DNA of 64,000 nt from Bacteroidota bacterium (GTDB taxonomy: Bacteria; Bacteroidota; Bacteroidia; UBA8524), in the NCBI GenBank assembly GCA_036676705.1, contig JAKFCJ010000207.1, positions 15-64,014 on the forward strand, read 5' to 3'. The translations under genes were made by a program, and so were the position numbers. Shown here one piece after another: positions 9,802-20,149 of the stretch; position 1 is the stretch's first letter; each line of letters opens with the position of its first letter. A model generated the notes under the pieces. It ran no database searches. It was not told the DNA's origin and saw only the letters and a list, made by a program, of their open reading frames with translations.

Positions 9802-10562
9802 CTGAGTTCCTTAGCCGCAAAAATATGCTGTACTTCATTTTCTTCTACCCGGAGCCTTCCCCATTCATCTACTCCCATTACCTTACCCTTAAACAAACGC
9901 CCATTTTTTTCAAAGGTTGTGAGCATTCCGAAAAAGAGCAGGTTTTCGTGGTATTCTTTCGAAATGCGCCATTCCTCCTGAAGGGAAGCGAGCTGCCATT
10001 CGAGTTGCGCTGTGAGTATGGGATAAACCTCATCCGGAAAAATGTCTTTGCCGCTCAGCGTCGACAAAGATGCAGCTCTTGTCAGACTTCCAAAAGATTT
10101 TTGATTGACATTCAACCCGATACCGATCACTGTGGAGGTCAGGAATTGTCCCTGGATGCTGTTTTCAACCAAAATACCGGCAATTTTTTGGCGATCGATG
10201 AGAATATCATTCGGCCATTTAATTTTTGCATCCGGCAAATAGGTTTTAATGCATTGAAGTACAGCCAGCGAAACGGCCATGTTCAATAAAAACTGTTTTT
10301 CGACCGGAATTTGCAGTTCGAGCACCAGGCTCATATAAATATTTTCTCCTTCATTGCCCGACCAGGTATTTCCCATTTGCCCCCTGCCTTTTTCCTGGAA
10401 GTCGGCGCGAATGGCAGTTCCATGACCGATCTTGCCCGATTCGAACAAGAGACGGCAAAGGTCGTTACTGGAAGAAATACGCGGATAATGGAGCGTTTGA
10501 ATACGAAAGCTTCGGATATAGGTAAGGGAGTTGGTCAAAAAATTGCCGTAATTTGCACACAA
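9786..10562 (-). CDS. birA: Biotin--[acetyl-CoA-carboxylase] ligase, group I (no DNA-binding domain)
   Basis: GRGQMGNTWSGNEG motif (GRGRxGxxWxS). Confidence 0.8.
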   Translation of the reverse strand: MCANYGNFLTNSLTYIRSFRIQTLHYPRISSSNDLCRLLFESGKIGHGTAIRADFQEKGRGQMGNTWSGNEGENIYMSLVLELQIPVEKQFLLNMAVSLAVLQCIKTYLPDAKIKWPNDILIDRQKIAGILVENSIQGQFLTSTVIGIGLNVNQKSFGSLTRAASLSTLSGKDIFPDEVYPILTAQLEWQLASLQEEWRISKEYHENLLFFGMLTTFEKNGRLFKGKVMGVDEWGRLRVEENEVQHIFAAKELRWVEL

Positions 10563-10577
10563 AAATAAGGCTTCTTA

Positions 10578-10946
10578 GTGATGGCGAAAAAAAACAGTAT
10601 AGATTCGGGGCGATTTCTGGCCGATGTGATCGTAAAAGGGATGGAAGAAAAGAAGGCCAAAGACATTGTGGTGATGGATTTGCGTGAAGTAAAAGGCTCG
10701 GTTACCGATTTTTTCGTGATCTGCGAAGGTGAAAGCGACAAACAGGTCCAGGCCATAGCCCGCTCGGTTGAAGAGTTTGTCGACAAAGAAGTGCATGAAG
10801 ACCCCAGCCACCGCGAAGGTTTTGAAAACAGCGAGTGGATCCTGCTCGATTATTTTAATGTCGTAGTCCATATTTTTATTCCCGAAAAAAGGGAATTTTT
10901 TGCCCTCGAAGAGCTTTGGGGCGATGGAGAGATTACACGGTATTAG
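10578..10946 (+). CDS. rsfS: Ribosome silencing factor RsfS (Iojap)
   Basis: 122 aa with a DIVVMDLREVKGSVTDFFVICEGESDKQVQAI signature. Confidence 0.85.
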   Translation: MMAKKNSIDSGRFLADVIVKGMEEKKAKDIVVMDLREVKGSVTDFFVICEGESDKQVQAIARSVEEFVDKEVHEDPSHREGFENSEWILLDYFNVVVHIFIPEKREFFALEELWGDGEITRY

Positions 10947-10958
10947 CCAATAATAATT

Positions 10959-11585
10959 TTATTTCTTTCCTTTCAAAGGAAGTGTAAAACCCAGTCCGAA
11001 ATTTACAAAAGGCCCGTGGGTTATTTCTTCAAAACTGCGACGTCCCAGGCGATAATATCTCAAGTGAACAAGTCCATAGGCTGCGGAAAGATTCACAAAG
11101 CCATACTTAAAAAAGCGGTGCTGGTAGCCCAGACCAACTGTAGTGACAGGATATGGGAATCCCCAGTAATCCGTCGAGTACAAGATGATTTTTTCGGGTG
11201 CTAAAAAGGAAACGGAACTGACAAATTGGGCGTAAAACCCATCAAGTGGGCTGTATTTCCATTTTAGGTTTTTATTCCGTTTGTGACCCGGATACCAGCG
11301 TATTTCGGCCATCAGGTAGGGGATAAAAAAAGTGCTTTTTTTTGGAGTTGCATTCTCCATACCCCAGAAGTAGCGTATACCCGATGAAGCGTGTATGCGC
11401 ATTGCAAACCGTTTTCCCAGCTGCTGCTGGTAATTAATTCCGAGATTAACCAAATCAAATTCTAGTTGCCTGGCAGGCTTTTGTTTGGTCCATTCGGCAT
11501 CCTGGGCATGGCAGGCTGACGAAAAAATGAGGGAAGCCAGCAAAGCAAAGACGGAAAGGATAGTGCAATTATTTTTCGATTGCAT
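10959..11585 (-). CDS. Small outer-membrane beta-barrel protein, possibly a PagL-like lipid A deacylase
   Basis: Signal peptide plus a roughly 180 aa beta-rich body. The family assignment is tentative. Confidence 0.35.
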   Translation of the reverse strand: MQSKNNCTILSVFALLASLIFSSACHAQDAEWTKQKPARQLEFDLVNLGINYQQQLGKRFAMRIHASSGIRYFWGMENATPKKSTFFIPYLMAEIRWYPGHKRNKNLKWKYSPLDGFYAQFVSSVSFLAPEKIILYSTDYWGFPYPVTTVGLGYQHRFFKYGFVNLSAAYGLVHLRYYRLGRRSFEEITHGPFVNFGLGFTLPLKGKK

Positions 11586-11624
11586 AGAGGATTAACTTTT
11601 GGGAAGCCGGTTTATAATGCGCAA

Positions 11625-13091
11625 CTAGGTTGATTCGCGGGTATTGGCTTGACGCCCGATCCCTGTAATCCATAAGCCTAAACAGGTTATCAACCCATTC
11701 ACCAGCAAAATTTCATAGCTAAAGGTATAGTCAAACCAGTCCGGACTTTTAAACGCGATCCAGAAAGACAGCAGCGGTGCGATAATGCAGATAAACGGTG
11801 TAAGCACATCATTGACCTGCCGTTTAGAGAACATCCCAAAAGCGAATAAACCAAGCAAGGGCCCATAGGTGTAAGAGGCTACCTTAAAGATGGTTTTGAT
11901 CAGGCTTTCATCATGAAATTCCCGGGCAACGATCATCACGATCATGGTAAGTATAGAAAAGCCCACATGCACCTGTTTGCGTATGGATTCCTGTTTGCTG
12001 AGCTCCTTCTTTTCAATGCCTAAAATATCGATACAAAAAGCAGTAGTAAGTGCTGTTAATGCCGAATCGGCGCTGGAATAAGCTGCTGCTACCAGGCCTA
12101 AAACAAAAAACACCCCGACTATGGCCGGAAGGGTATCTCCGGTAGCAATAAATCCATAGAGGTCGTCTCCTTTAACGGGAATGGCCATGCCCATTTTGTC
12201 GGCATAGGCATAAAGCAATACCCCCAGGCTTAAAAAAAGGAGGTTCACAAACATGAGCACAACCGTGAAACTCACCATGTTCTTTTGTGCCTCGCCAATG
12301 TTTTTACAGGTCAGGTTTTTTTGCATCATGTCCTGGTCCAGGCCCGTCATAACCAAAGCGATCAGGGCGCCTGATAAAAACTGTTTATAGAAGAACTTTG
12401 CATTTCCGGCATCGTCGAAGAAAAAGGTCCTGGAATGTTCTGACTCACTTATATGCCGGATCATCTCTCCCAATCCCCAACCCATTTCATCACCGATCAG
12501 GTAGATCGTAGAACCCAATGCCAGCAACATAAAGGCAGTTTGCAGGGTGTCGGTCCATACAATGGTTTTCATTCCCGCCCGGAAGGTATACAGCCAAACC
12601 AGCAGAATACTGATGATAACAGTAAGCCAGAAGGGCAAGCCTAAACTGTCGAAAAGGATAAGCTGGAGTACATTGACGGTCAGGTACATCCGAAGGGCTG
12701 AACCCATAAGCCGGGATAACAGAAAAAAGGACGAACCCGTTTTATGGGAAACGGTTCCGAAACGCTGTGCCAGGTAGGTATAGATGGTCGTGAGGTTCAG
12801 CCGATAGTAGAGCGGCATCAATACAAAGGCGATCAACATGTAGCCCGGGATATACCCCAGCACCATCTGCATATAAGAAAACTGATCCCTGGCCACCATT
12901 CCCGGCACGGATATAAATGTTACCCCCGATAAGGAGGCGCCGATCATGCCAAAAGCGACAAGGCGCCATGAAGAACTTCGATTCGCCGTGAAATAGGCGT
13001 CATTATTGGCCCCTTTAGAGGTAATATGGGAAATAATAAAGAGCAGGCCAAAATATCCGGCCAGACAAATAAGAATGAGTGTTGTATCCAT
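11625..13091 (-). CDS. Sodium:solute symporter family transporter
   Basis: 488 aa with about 13 TM helices and SSF-like topology. Confidence 0.7.
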   Translation of the reverse strand: MDTTLILICLAGYFGLLFIISHITSKGANNDAYFTANRSSSWRLVAFGMIGASLSGVTFISVPGMVARDQFSYMQMVLGYIPGYMLIAFVLMPLYYRLNLTTIYTYLAQRFGTVSHKTGSSFFLLSRLMGSALRMYLTVNVLQLILFDSLGLPFWLTVIISILLVWLYTFRAGMKTIVWTDTLQTAFMLLALGSTIYLIGDEMGWGLGEMIRHISESEHSRTFFFDDAGNAKFFYKQFLSGALIALVMTGLDQDMMQKNLTCKNIGEAQKNMVSFTVVLMFVNLLFLSLGVLLYAYADKMGMAIPVKGDDLYGFIATGDTLPAIVGVFFVLGLVAAAYSSADSALTALTTAFCIDILGIEKKELSKQESIRKQVHVGFSILTMIVMIVAREFHDESLIKTIFKVASYTYGPLLGLFAFGMFSKRQVNDVLTPFICIIAPLLSFWIAFKSPDWFDYTFSYEILLVNGLITCLGLWITGIGRQANTREST

Positions 13092-13169
13092 TCATCATGC
13101 AAATAAGGCAAAAGCAAGCCAAGGCCAAAATCTGTTTGAGCAAAATCACGTTATCCCGCCCAGATTTCA

Positions 13170-13177
13170 TAGTTTTG
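13170..13177 (+). promoter_or_regulatory. Candidate Bacteroidota -7 box (TAGTTTTG, exact TAnnTTTG) upstream of pepA
   Basis: Exact consensus match 20 nt upstream of the pepA ATG. Confidence 0.3.
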
Positions 13178-13196
13178 AAAGCCCTAAAGCAAAAGC

Positions 13197-14642
13197 ATGT
13201 CAGTTAAAATTCATCATACAGATAAAGCACAGCCCGTTACTTCCGAAGCCCGGATGCATTTGGTAAGCAAAGACCACAAATGGGCAGACCTGGGCCTGGG
13301 AAAAGAAGAGATCGATTATGTCAAAGCACAGATCAAAAAAGAAAAAGGACTGATACAACTTGGCTCCCTCGATGTGGTGAATATGATCTGTGTGGATCTG
13401 GGTGAAAAAGATGCGGTAAAAAGAAGAGAGACCCTACGTAAGTCGGGTGCTACATTTTGTGGTGCGGTGAACGGAGCCGGTGCGAAAGCGGCCCGGATTA
13501 TCGATCATACCGATTCGGCCCATGACTGGTTCGATGCTGCCGAGGGACTTGCCCTGGCGAATTACCAGTTTCTAAAATACCGGAAGGATTCAGGCAAAGA
13601 ACAAAACAGCCTCGATACCCTGGCCATCCAGGCCAAACATGCCAGCGATGAGAAACTTCATCGTTTGAATTGCCTCGTTGCTTCCGTGTTTTGGGCCAGG
13701 GACCTGGTGAACGAACCGGTAAATACCCTCGATGCCATTCGTTTGGCCGATGAGGCGGAATTGCGCGGAAAACAGGCGGGTATCAAAGTGGAGGTATTGA
13801 ATAAATCCAAACTGGAGGCATTGAAATTCGGCGGGCTTCTCGCTGTAAACCTGGGAAGCCAGACGCCTCCTACCTTTACCATCATGGAATACAAACCCAA
13901 AAAGGCGGTCAATAAAAAACCGATCGTTCTGGTAGGAAAAGGAGTGGTGTATGATACCGGAGGACTAAGCCTTAAGCCAACCGCCGGCATGGATACCATG
14001 AAATGCGATATGGCCGGCGCGGCAGCCGTAATGGCAGCGATCTATGGTGCCGCAAGTATGGAATTACCGGTTCATGTCATAGCCCTGATCCCGGCAACGG
14101 ATAATCGTCCGGGTGAAATGGCTTATACCAACGGCGACGTGATTACCATGTACAATGGTATGACGGTAGAGGTATTAAATACCGATGCAGAAGGCCGCAT
14201 GATCCTGGCTGACGCACTGGCCTATGCGGGAAAATATGACCCGGAAGTGGTCCTTGACTTTGCAACCCTGACAGGGGCAGCCGCTGCAGCCATTGGTCAG
14301 TATGGCATTGTTTGTATGGGAACTGCCGATGAAAAGGCGAAAAAAGAATTGAAAGCGGCAGGTGATGAAGTGTACGAGCGCCTGGTAGAATTTCCCCTAT
14401 GGGAGGAATACAAGGAACTTCTAAAAAGCGATATCGCCGACCTCAAGAATATAGGCGGACCTGTTGGGGGTGCTATTACTGCGGGCAAGTTCCTGGAGCA
14501 GTTTGTAAGCTACCCCTGGATGCACTTTGATATTGCCGGACCGGCCTTTATAAAAAGCCCGGACAGTTACCGCGGTAAAAACGGTACCGGCTCGGCCGTG
14601 CGGTTTATATTGAATTATTTGGAAAACAGAGCGAAAAAATGA
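13197..14642 (+). CDS. pepA: Leucyl aminopeptidase (M17)
   Basis: NTDAEGRMILADAL signature, 481 aa. Confidence 0.9.
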   Translation: MSVKIHHTDKAQPVTSEARMHLVSKDHKWADLGLGKEEIDYVKAQIKKEKGLIQLGSLDVVNMICVDLGEKDAVKRRETLRKSGATFCGAVNGAGAKAARIIDHTDSAHDWFDAAEGLALANYQFLKYRKDSGKEQNSLDTLAIQAKHASDEKLHRLNCLVASVFWARDLVNEPVNTLDAIRLADEAELRGKQAGIKVEVLNKSKLEALKFGGLLAVNLGSQTPPTFTIMEYKPKKAVNKKPIVLVGKGVVYDTGGLSLKPTAGMDTMKCDMAGAAAVMAAIYGAASMELPVHVIALIPATDNRPGEMAYTNGDVITMYNGMTVEVLNTDAEGRMILADALAYAGKYDPEVVLDFATLTGAAAAAIGQYGIVCMGTADEKAKKELKAAGDEVYERLVEFPLWEEYKELLKSDIADLKNIGGPVGGAITAGKFLEQFVSYPWMHFDIAGPAFIKSPDSYRGKNGTGSAVRFILNYLENRAKK

Positions 14643-15709
14643 GCAAAGAATCGATACGGGTTGCCATCAGCATGGGCGATTTTAATGGTATTGGCGTTGA
14701 GGTGGTGTTAAAAGCCCTGAGCAACCCCAAAATTACAGAGATCTGTACGCCCTGTATTTACGGGTCATCCAAGGTCATCTCCTTCTATAAAAAGATGCTC
14801 AACCTAAACGAAATGCATCTGAATATCGTGAAGAGCGCCTCCCAGATCCATACCCGGAAATTAAACCTGATCGCCTGCTGGGAAGAAGAAACCCCGATAA
14901 ATCCCGGAACACCTTCGGTAGAGGCTGGGGCTTATGCGTTTAAGGCCCTGGAAGCAGCCGTTCGTGATGTGAAAAATGGGGAAATGGACGTTTTGGTGAC
15001 GGCCCCGCTCGATAAATCAACGGTGAACAAAAATGACCGCCCTTTTAACGGTCATACTGAATACCTGGCAGAAAGCGACGGGGCGGCCCGTCATATGATG
15101 CTGCTGGTATGTGATGAAATGCGTGTTGGTTTGGTAACGGGACATGTTCCTTTAAAGGAGGTCGCTTCGAAAATTAACAAGGAAGTGATCATGGATGCCA
15201 TTGCCATGTTACATGATACCCTGAAATCGGATTTTGGCCTTACCAAACCGCGTATTGCGGTATTGGGATTGAACCCCCATGCCGGAGACCAGGGCTTGTT
15301 GGGTGATGAGGAGACAAAATACATTTTGCCGGCTGTGAAAGACGCTATGGGTGCAGGAATTTACGCCTTTGGACCCTATCCGGCTGACGGATTTTTTGGC
15401 TCGGAGGAGTTCAAAAAATTTGATGCGGTATTGGCCATGTACCATGACCAGGGTTTGGTACCTTTTAAGCTCCTTGGGTTTGAAGATGGTGTAAATTATA
15501 CGGCAGGACTTTCCTTCGTACGTACCTCTCCTGACCATGGAACGGCGTACGCAATTGCGGGGCAGGGGATAGCCATAGAAGCCAGCCTGAGAAATGCCAT
15601 TTACCTGGCCATTGACCTCCACCGCAGAAGGAAGCAAATTGCCGAAAACAGTGAAAAACCTTTGCGTTTCAGTGCAATGCGCAGAGAGCGCTTCCGTATG
15701 GATTTTTAG
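14639..15709 (+). CDS. pdxA: 4-hydroxythreonine-4-phosphate dehydrogenase
   Basis: GLNPHAGDQGLLGDEE and HTEYLA motifs. It overlaps the pepA stop by 4 bp. Confidence 0.9.
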   Translation: MSKESIRVAISMGDFNGIGVEVVLKALSNPKITEICTPCIYGSSKVISFYKKMLNLNEMHLNIVKSASQIHTRKLNLIACWEEETPINPGTPSVEAGAYAFKALEAAVRDVKNGEMDVLVTAPLDKSTVNKNDRPFNGHTEYLAESDGAARHMMLLVCDEMRVGLVTGHVPLKEVASKINKEVIMDAIAMLHDTLKSDFGLTKPRIAVLGLNPHAGDQGLLGDEETKYILPAVKDAMGAGIYAFGPYPADGFFGSEEFKKFDAVLAMYHDQGLVPFKLLGFEDGVNYTAGLSFVRTSPDHGTAYAIAGQGIAIEASLRNAIYLAIDLHRRRKQIAENSEKPLRFSAMRRERFRMDF

Positions 15710-15817
15710 TTGGCGGAATCCCCGCTTAAATACCCTGAGATACCAAAAGGGGGTCAAATACCCCCGTTCACAAAAGAGTACTATTAATTCGTCAGACTAT
15801 CATGGTATTTTGTAGCT

Positions 15818-16624
15818 GTGTTGCAAATGAAGATGCAGAAGGAAAGTACCCAGCAATCCGCTCAGCTAAAGGTGCTGATCGTTGATGATTCAAGATTGAT
15901 ACGCAGTTTAATGCGTGTTGTTCTGGAGCAGAATTATGAAGTAATTGAGGCGGATAACGGAGCCACCGGGCTAACCAGGGCCCTCGAGGTTATTCCTGAT
16001 CTGATCATCACGGACCTCATTATGCCCGATCTCGATGGTTATGAAATGATTCAGGCCTTACGCAGGATAGAACGGGTCGCCCATATTCCGGTGATCATGC
16101 TCACTTCGGTTGATACAGAATACAATGAACTTGAAGGTTATCGGGTAGGTGTGGACGCCTATCTGCTTAAACCCTTTACCAAAGACCAACTTTTAGTACG
16201 GGTCGAAGGGCTTATCCGCAACAGGTTATTGGCATACAAAGCATCGGGCATCCACAGGCATAATGGTGAGTACGCCCAACGAGGAATTGATGTGGAGCTT
16301 TCGTTCGGAGACCGGCTTAACCGCCATGTTGAACGGGAACTCAGTAATACAGAGTTAAAAGTAAAACATCTGGCTGATGCCATGGCAATGAGCGTTTCTA
16401 CCTTCGAAAGAAGGGTAAAGGAGCATTTTAATACTTCGCCCAAATTGTTTATTCGTGATTACCGCCTGGATAATGCCATGCGTTTATTGAAAGCCAGGAA
16501 AAGCAATGTCAGCGGCGTAGCGCGTGAGTGTGGCTTTGATAATATTTCTTATTTTTCGCTTTGTTTTCGTGAAAAGTTCGGCTTCAGTCCGTCTGAGGTA
16601 CTGAATGTGCCGCTTAGCATGTAA
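15818..16624 (+). CDS. Orphan response regulator with a receiver domain fused to an AraC-type HTH output
   Basis: LIVDDSRLIRSL...ITDLIMPDLDGYE is the receiver. The C-terminal HTH_AraC is FIRDYRLDNAMRLL. Confidence 0.8.
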   Translation: MLQMKMQKESTQQSAQLKVLIVDDSRLIRSLMRVVLEQNYEVIEADNGATGLTRALEVIPDLIITDLIMPDLDGYEMIQALRRIERVAHIPVIMLTSVDTEYNELEGYRVGVDAYLLKPFTKDQLLVRVEGLIRNRLLAYKASGIHRHNGEYAQRGIDVELSFGDRLNRHVERELSNTELKVKHLADAMAMSVSTFERRVKEHFNTSPKLFIRDYRLDNAMRLLKARKSNVSGVARECGFDNISYFSLCFREKFGFSPSEVLNVPLSM

Positions 16625-16707
16625 TTCCTGCTTTTTTTTCAGGGATCGATTCGGGGCACACTAAATGCAGAACAGAAGGGCGACCTTTCAATAACGAGGT
16701 TGAAGGG

Positions 16708-17175
16708 TTGATGCTGTGGGATATTTTTCAAACTTTTTTATTGAGTATTTCCCCTCTCGGCGAAGGCAGAGTGGGAATTCCATTCGGGATGGTCAAAGGA
16801 TTGCATCCGCTGCTTGCCTATGGAATAGGTACAGGGGCTAATTTGCTTGTATTTCCCTTGTTTAATTACCTCCTCAATACCTTCGACAAGCGTTTGTGGA
16901 AATTTCGACTTTACAGGTCGAGGAGCGTCATGATGATCCGCAACGCACGGAACGGGGTAGGTGCAAAAATTCACAAGTATGGATATTGGGGATTGATGAT
17001 CTTCGTGATGATCCCCTTGCCCTTTACCGGGGCCTATATGGGGGTCGTTGCCGGACGGGTGCTGAATGTGGAAACCCGCAGCGCCTTGAAAGCGATAAGC
17101 ATCGGGGTGATCATTTCATCGACCCTCATCGCCATTGCTACCTATTTTAGCATGAGGGGGATCCAATTATTATAG
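16708..17175 (+). CDS. COG2426-type small membrane protein (putative small multidrug-export protein)
   Basis: 155 aa with 4 TM helices. Confidence 0.5.
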   Translation: MMLWDIFQTFLLSISPLGEGRVGIPFGMVKGLHPLLAYGIGTGANLLVFPLFNYLLNTFDKRLWKFRLYRSRSVMMIRNARNGVGAKIHKYGYWGLMIFVMIPLPFTGAYMGVVAGRVLNVETRSALKAISIGVIISSTLIAIATYFSMRGIQLL

Positions 17176-17210
17176 GGTATAAAAAGGCCGGATCCTATGA
17201 AATCCGGCCT
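17176..17210 (-). terminator. Rho-independent terminator for the minus-strand T9SS cargo gene
   Basis: A 9-bp stem aggccggat/atccggcct (17185..17210) is followed on the minus strand by TTTTTATAC. Confidence 0.5.
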
Positions 17211-17235
17211 TGTAAATCTGGAAAATTGCTTAGGA

Positions 17236-19853
17236 TCAGCGTATGGTTTTCAGATGTTGGCTTTCCGTTCCGGATCGGGCACTGACGATATAAACTCCAC
17301 GGGTATTGAACGGCAGAAGTTCTAAGCTTTGAATGCCGTTGCGGTCAATGGTCTGTTCGAAAAGCAGTTTACTACCAAGATCATAAACAGTAATTAACAC
17401 GGGCTCCCCCTCAAATCCGGCATCGATCTTTACCGATTCATGATCCTGAAAGAGACGGAATCCCGAGGTGGTGGCTACAGGCATAACTGCTGTTGCTCCG
17501 TTTTTATAAATATGGATAATGAAGCGGAAGTCGGAATTGGACGAATGGTTGAACAGGTAATCTCCGGCGTTGAAATTATGGCGTTTGCCGGTGAGCTTAT
17601 CTTCGAGTTCGATGGTCCAGGCCGGGTCCATTTCTGACAGGTCCAGCGTGAATCGGGCACTGCCTGTTTTACCGCTTTTAAAACTTACAGGAACGGAGTA
17701 TGAGGATTCACCGGTAGGCAATGCATTGATCGCAGCCCGGGTTTCTCCGATCAGCGTTGAAAGGGAGGGTGCACCATTCATTCCGTCGAGTTTGTAAGCA
17801 TCCCCGTCATTATCAAAACCGTAAGTGGCGTTGTCTTTCAGGTAGATCACGCATTGGTCCCGTTTGCCACCGGCATCAATCGTATTCAGCCGGATGAGGT
17901 CAAAAGGTTTTTTGAGCAGGGTAGCTACATTCGTCATGCTGGTGGTGCGGTCGGCGTCAGTGAGCGTTAAGGAAAGAGTTGCTTCGGATTTGACCCAGAA
18001 GCCCACATAAGGACTGATATTCAGAATAACCCCTGCGGTATCCGTGTTATTATAATTGACCACGTTAACACCGCTGCTGCTGTACACCTGGTACTGGTCG
18101 TCTACATAATTATAAACATGAACGGATTTGTAAGCAGGTGTAAAAGATCCGCTGGCCAAAAGTGTTGATATGCTTATATTACTTGGATAGGGGTTCGGAA
18201 CGAAGTTCCAGCCTGTCGCATCTGAGCCGGTATCGGCCGGATCCACATACGATTCGAGCGAAAAAACCTGGTTTCCGGTTTTGTTCGTCCCTGTTGCGCT
18301 AAAGGTTCCGGTAAAATCGTGGAGGCCATCGGCATTGTTGGCGTATACGAGATAAGCCCGAGAGGAGTTGTCGGTGGAGGTTGCCGCGGTCCAGCCGACA
18401 TTATTTCCTGATGTCCCATCCTGGGTAGCGTCCCAATAATATATGTTACGTTCAATAGCCACTCCATGGTTACTGAAATATTTATTGATACCGCTCAGGT
18501 CGCCAATTGTGGTATTGAGGGGAATTCCAATGGGTCTCCATCCCGGATTTATATTGCTTGAACCCATCATCATTGTGATATTCCCGGAGATCGTTCCGCT
18601 TCCCGGAGCAATCTGGCCGTATTGGGTCGGGCTGGATGACAGAAGTTTAAGGAAGCCTCCCGTAGTCAGGGTTCCGTCTGTCGGTGTAATCACACCGAGA
18701 ATTTTTACGGAGTCGCCAAAGGAGAGGGTCCCGCTCGTGGTTCTATTTATGGTAAGGTTGTTAAGTACATTGGTAGAATCGTTCGTGCTTTGGTCCAGAA
18801 TCAGCGTTCCGAATGCTCCGGATCCGCCAATGGTAATATTGGCACTTGAGTCTCCCCTCAGGGTCCCGTCCGTACTGCTTAGTGTGCCGTTTAGGGTCAA
18901 GGTATTGGCTCCGATAGCCAGGGCACCTTCAGTAAGAGTAAGTGTTCCGGTAATGGTTTTGGAGGCTCCGAGATTTACGGAAGGTGATCCTGATCCACTC
19001 AGGTTAACGATTACATTGGTTGGACCGTTGGTACCGGGCCATTCGTCGCCGGTGGGAGTGGAAAATGCGCTTGTGGTGTCATTATATTCCAGCGTGGCAC
19101 CATTTACATAATTGACTGTGCCGCTTAGGGTAGCCGTGCCTCTTTTCATCAATTTACCGGACCCATTGATCACAAGTACCCCGTTCAAGGTTTTCACGCC
19201 GGCTCCACCGATGGTATAGGTATCAAAGCTTCCTCCGGGGATGGTCTGGTTCCCGGTTCCGGTATAGTTAACCGTTGAGGTTCCGGTTTGGATGGTTGGT
19301 GTTCCAACAATGTTCCCTCCCAGCGAGAAAGTCCCCGCTCCATTAAAAAGAATTTCATTCTGGATATTGTTCGCGCCATTCAGGACGATATCGCCACTCA
19401 CTTCAAAAGTTCCCGTTGAAAAGGTGATCCGGTTTTGCCGGTTATTATTTCCCTGAACCGACATCACAATTCCCCCACAGCGCATGGTTCCTGTCCCAAT
19501 ATCCATAAGTTGGTAGCCGTTAGCGGTTACTTCAGAAAAGGTGATCAGGTTTGTTACGGTCAGGGAGTTAGTTCCTGAGATCGTCACGGTAAAATCCTTG
19601 TTTGACGTGGTATAAAAAACACTCCGACAGGAGTCATGGGCACTTATGGTACAACTTGTGGCAGCACTGCCAAATACGGTAAAAACGACACTGTCAAGTG
19701 TTCCGGGCACGCCATTCGGAGACCAGTTCGTGCTTGTCCCCCAATCGCCGATTGAACATTCCAGGTATAAGTTTGCTGAGCCTGTGTAAGTTGATTGGAA
19801 AAGAGAAGAATAAATAATGATAAAAGAAGGGAAAATGGGAATTGTTTTGTCAT
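17236..19853 (-). CDS. T9SS (type A C-terminal sorting domain) secreted beta-helix/adhesin-like repeat protein. Its reading frame is broken at a C5 tract (19738..19742). The signal peptide lies in frame 19853..19644 and the body in 19710..17236
   Basis: Signal peptide MTKQFPFSLLLSLFILLFSNQLTQAQ is in one frame. The T/G/S/N-rich body plus C-terminal CTD (GVYIVSARSGTESQHLKTIR) is in the adjacent frame. Both frames are open across 19700..19860. Confidence 0.55.
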
Positions 19854-20121
19854 GGCAATTGAGATAACTAGATAATTAAGGAAGGCCTGTATAGGCACCA
19901 GTATCCATTGCGATCCGGGTGCCGTTTAGGATGGAAGACCGTATATTTATCTGGATGGGGCAATTTCTTATTGGAAAGACCTTTCCTTGCCAGGGACATC
20001 GTCAGTAAATAGCAATTTTGATTCAGAGGCAATACCCATATTCCCAAAATTAGACTAACAGTCGTTAGTTGGGACAATTCTCGCCTTTCTAATAATAGTT
20101 TTCAAATTCAATTCTTTACCC

Positions 20122-20129
20122 TAACTTTG
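20122..20129 (+). promoter_or_regulatory. Candidate Bacteroidota -7 box (TAACTTTG) for the yceD-rpmF-plsX-fabH operon
   Basis: Exact TAnnTTTG about 20 nt upstream of the yceD ATG at 20150. Confidence 0.35.
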
Positions 20130-20149
20130 CGCCCTTGTTCAAAAAAGCC

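Noticed and set aside
10548-10556. taatttgc upstream of rsfS as a -7 promoter box
   Set aside because: It is one T short of TAnnTTTG and so not an exact match.
12453-12969. Several 60-76-aa ORFs on both strands
   Set aside because: They are embedded in the sodium:solute symporter gene.
18443-19111. 222-aa plus-strand P/V-rich ORF
   Set aside because: It is antisense to the T/G/N-rich T9SS cargo gene. It is a compositional artefact.
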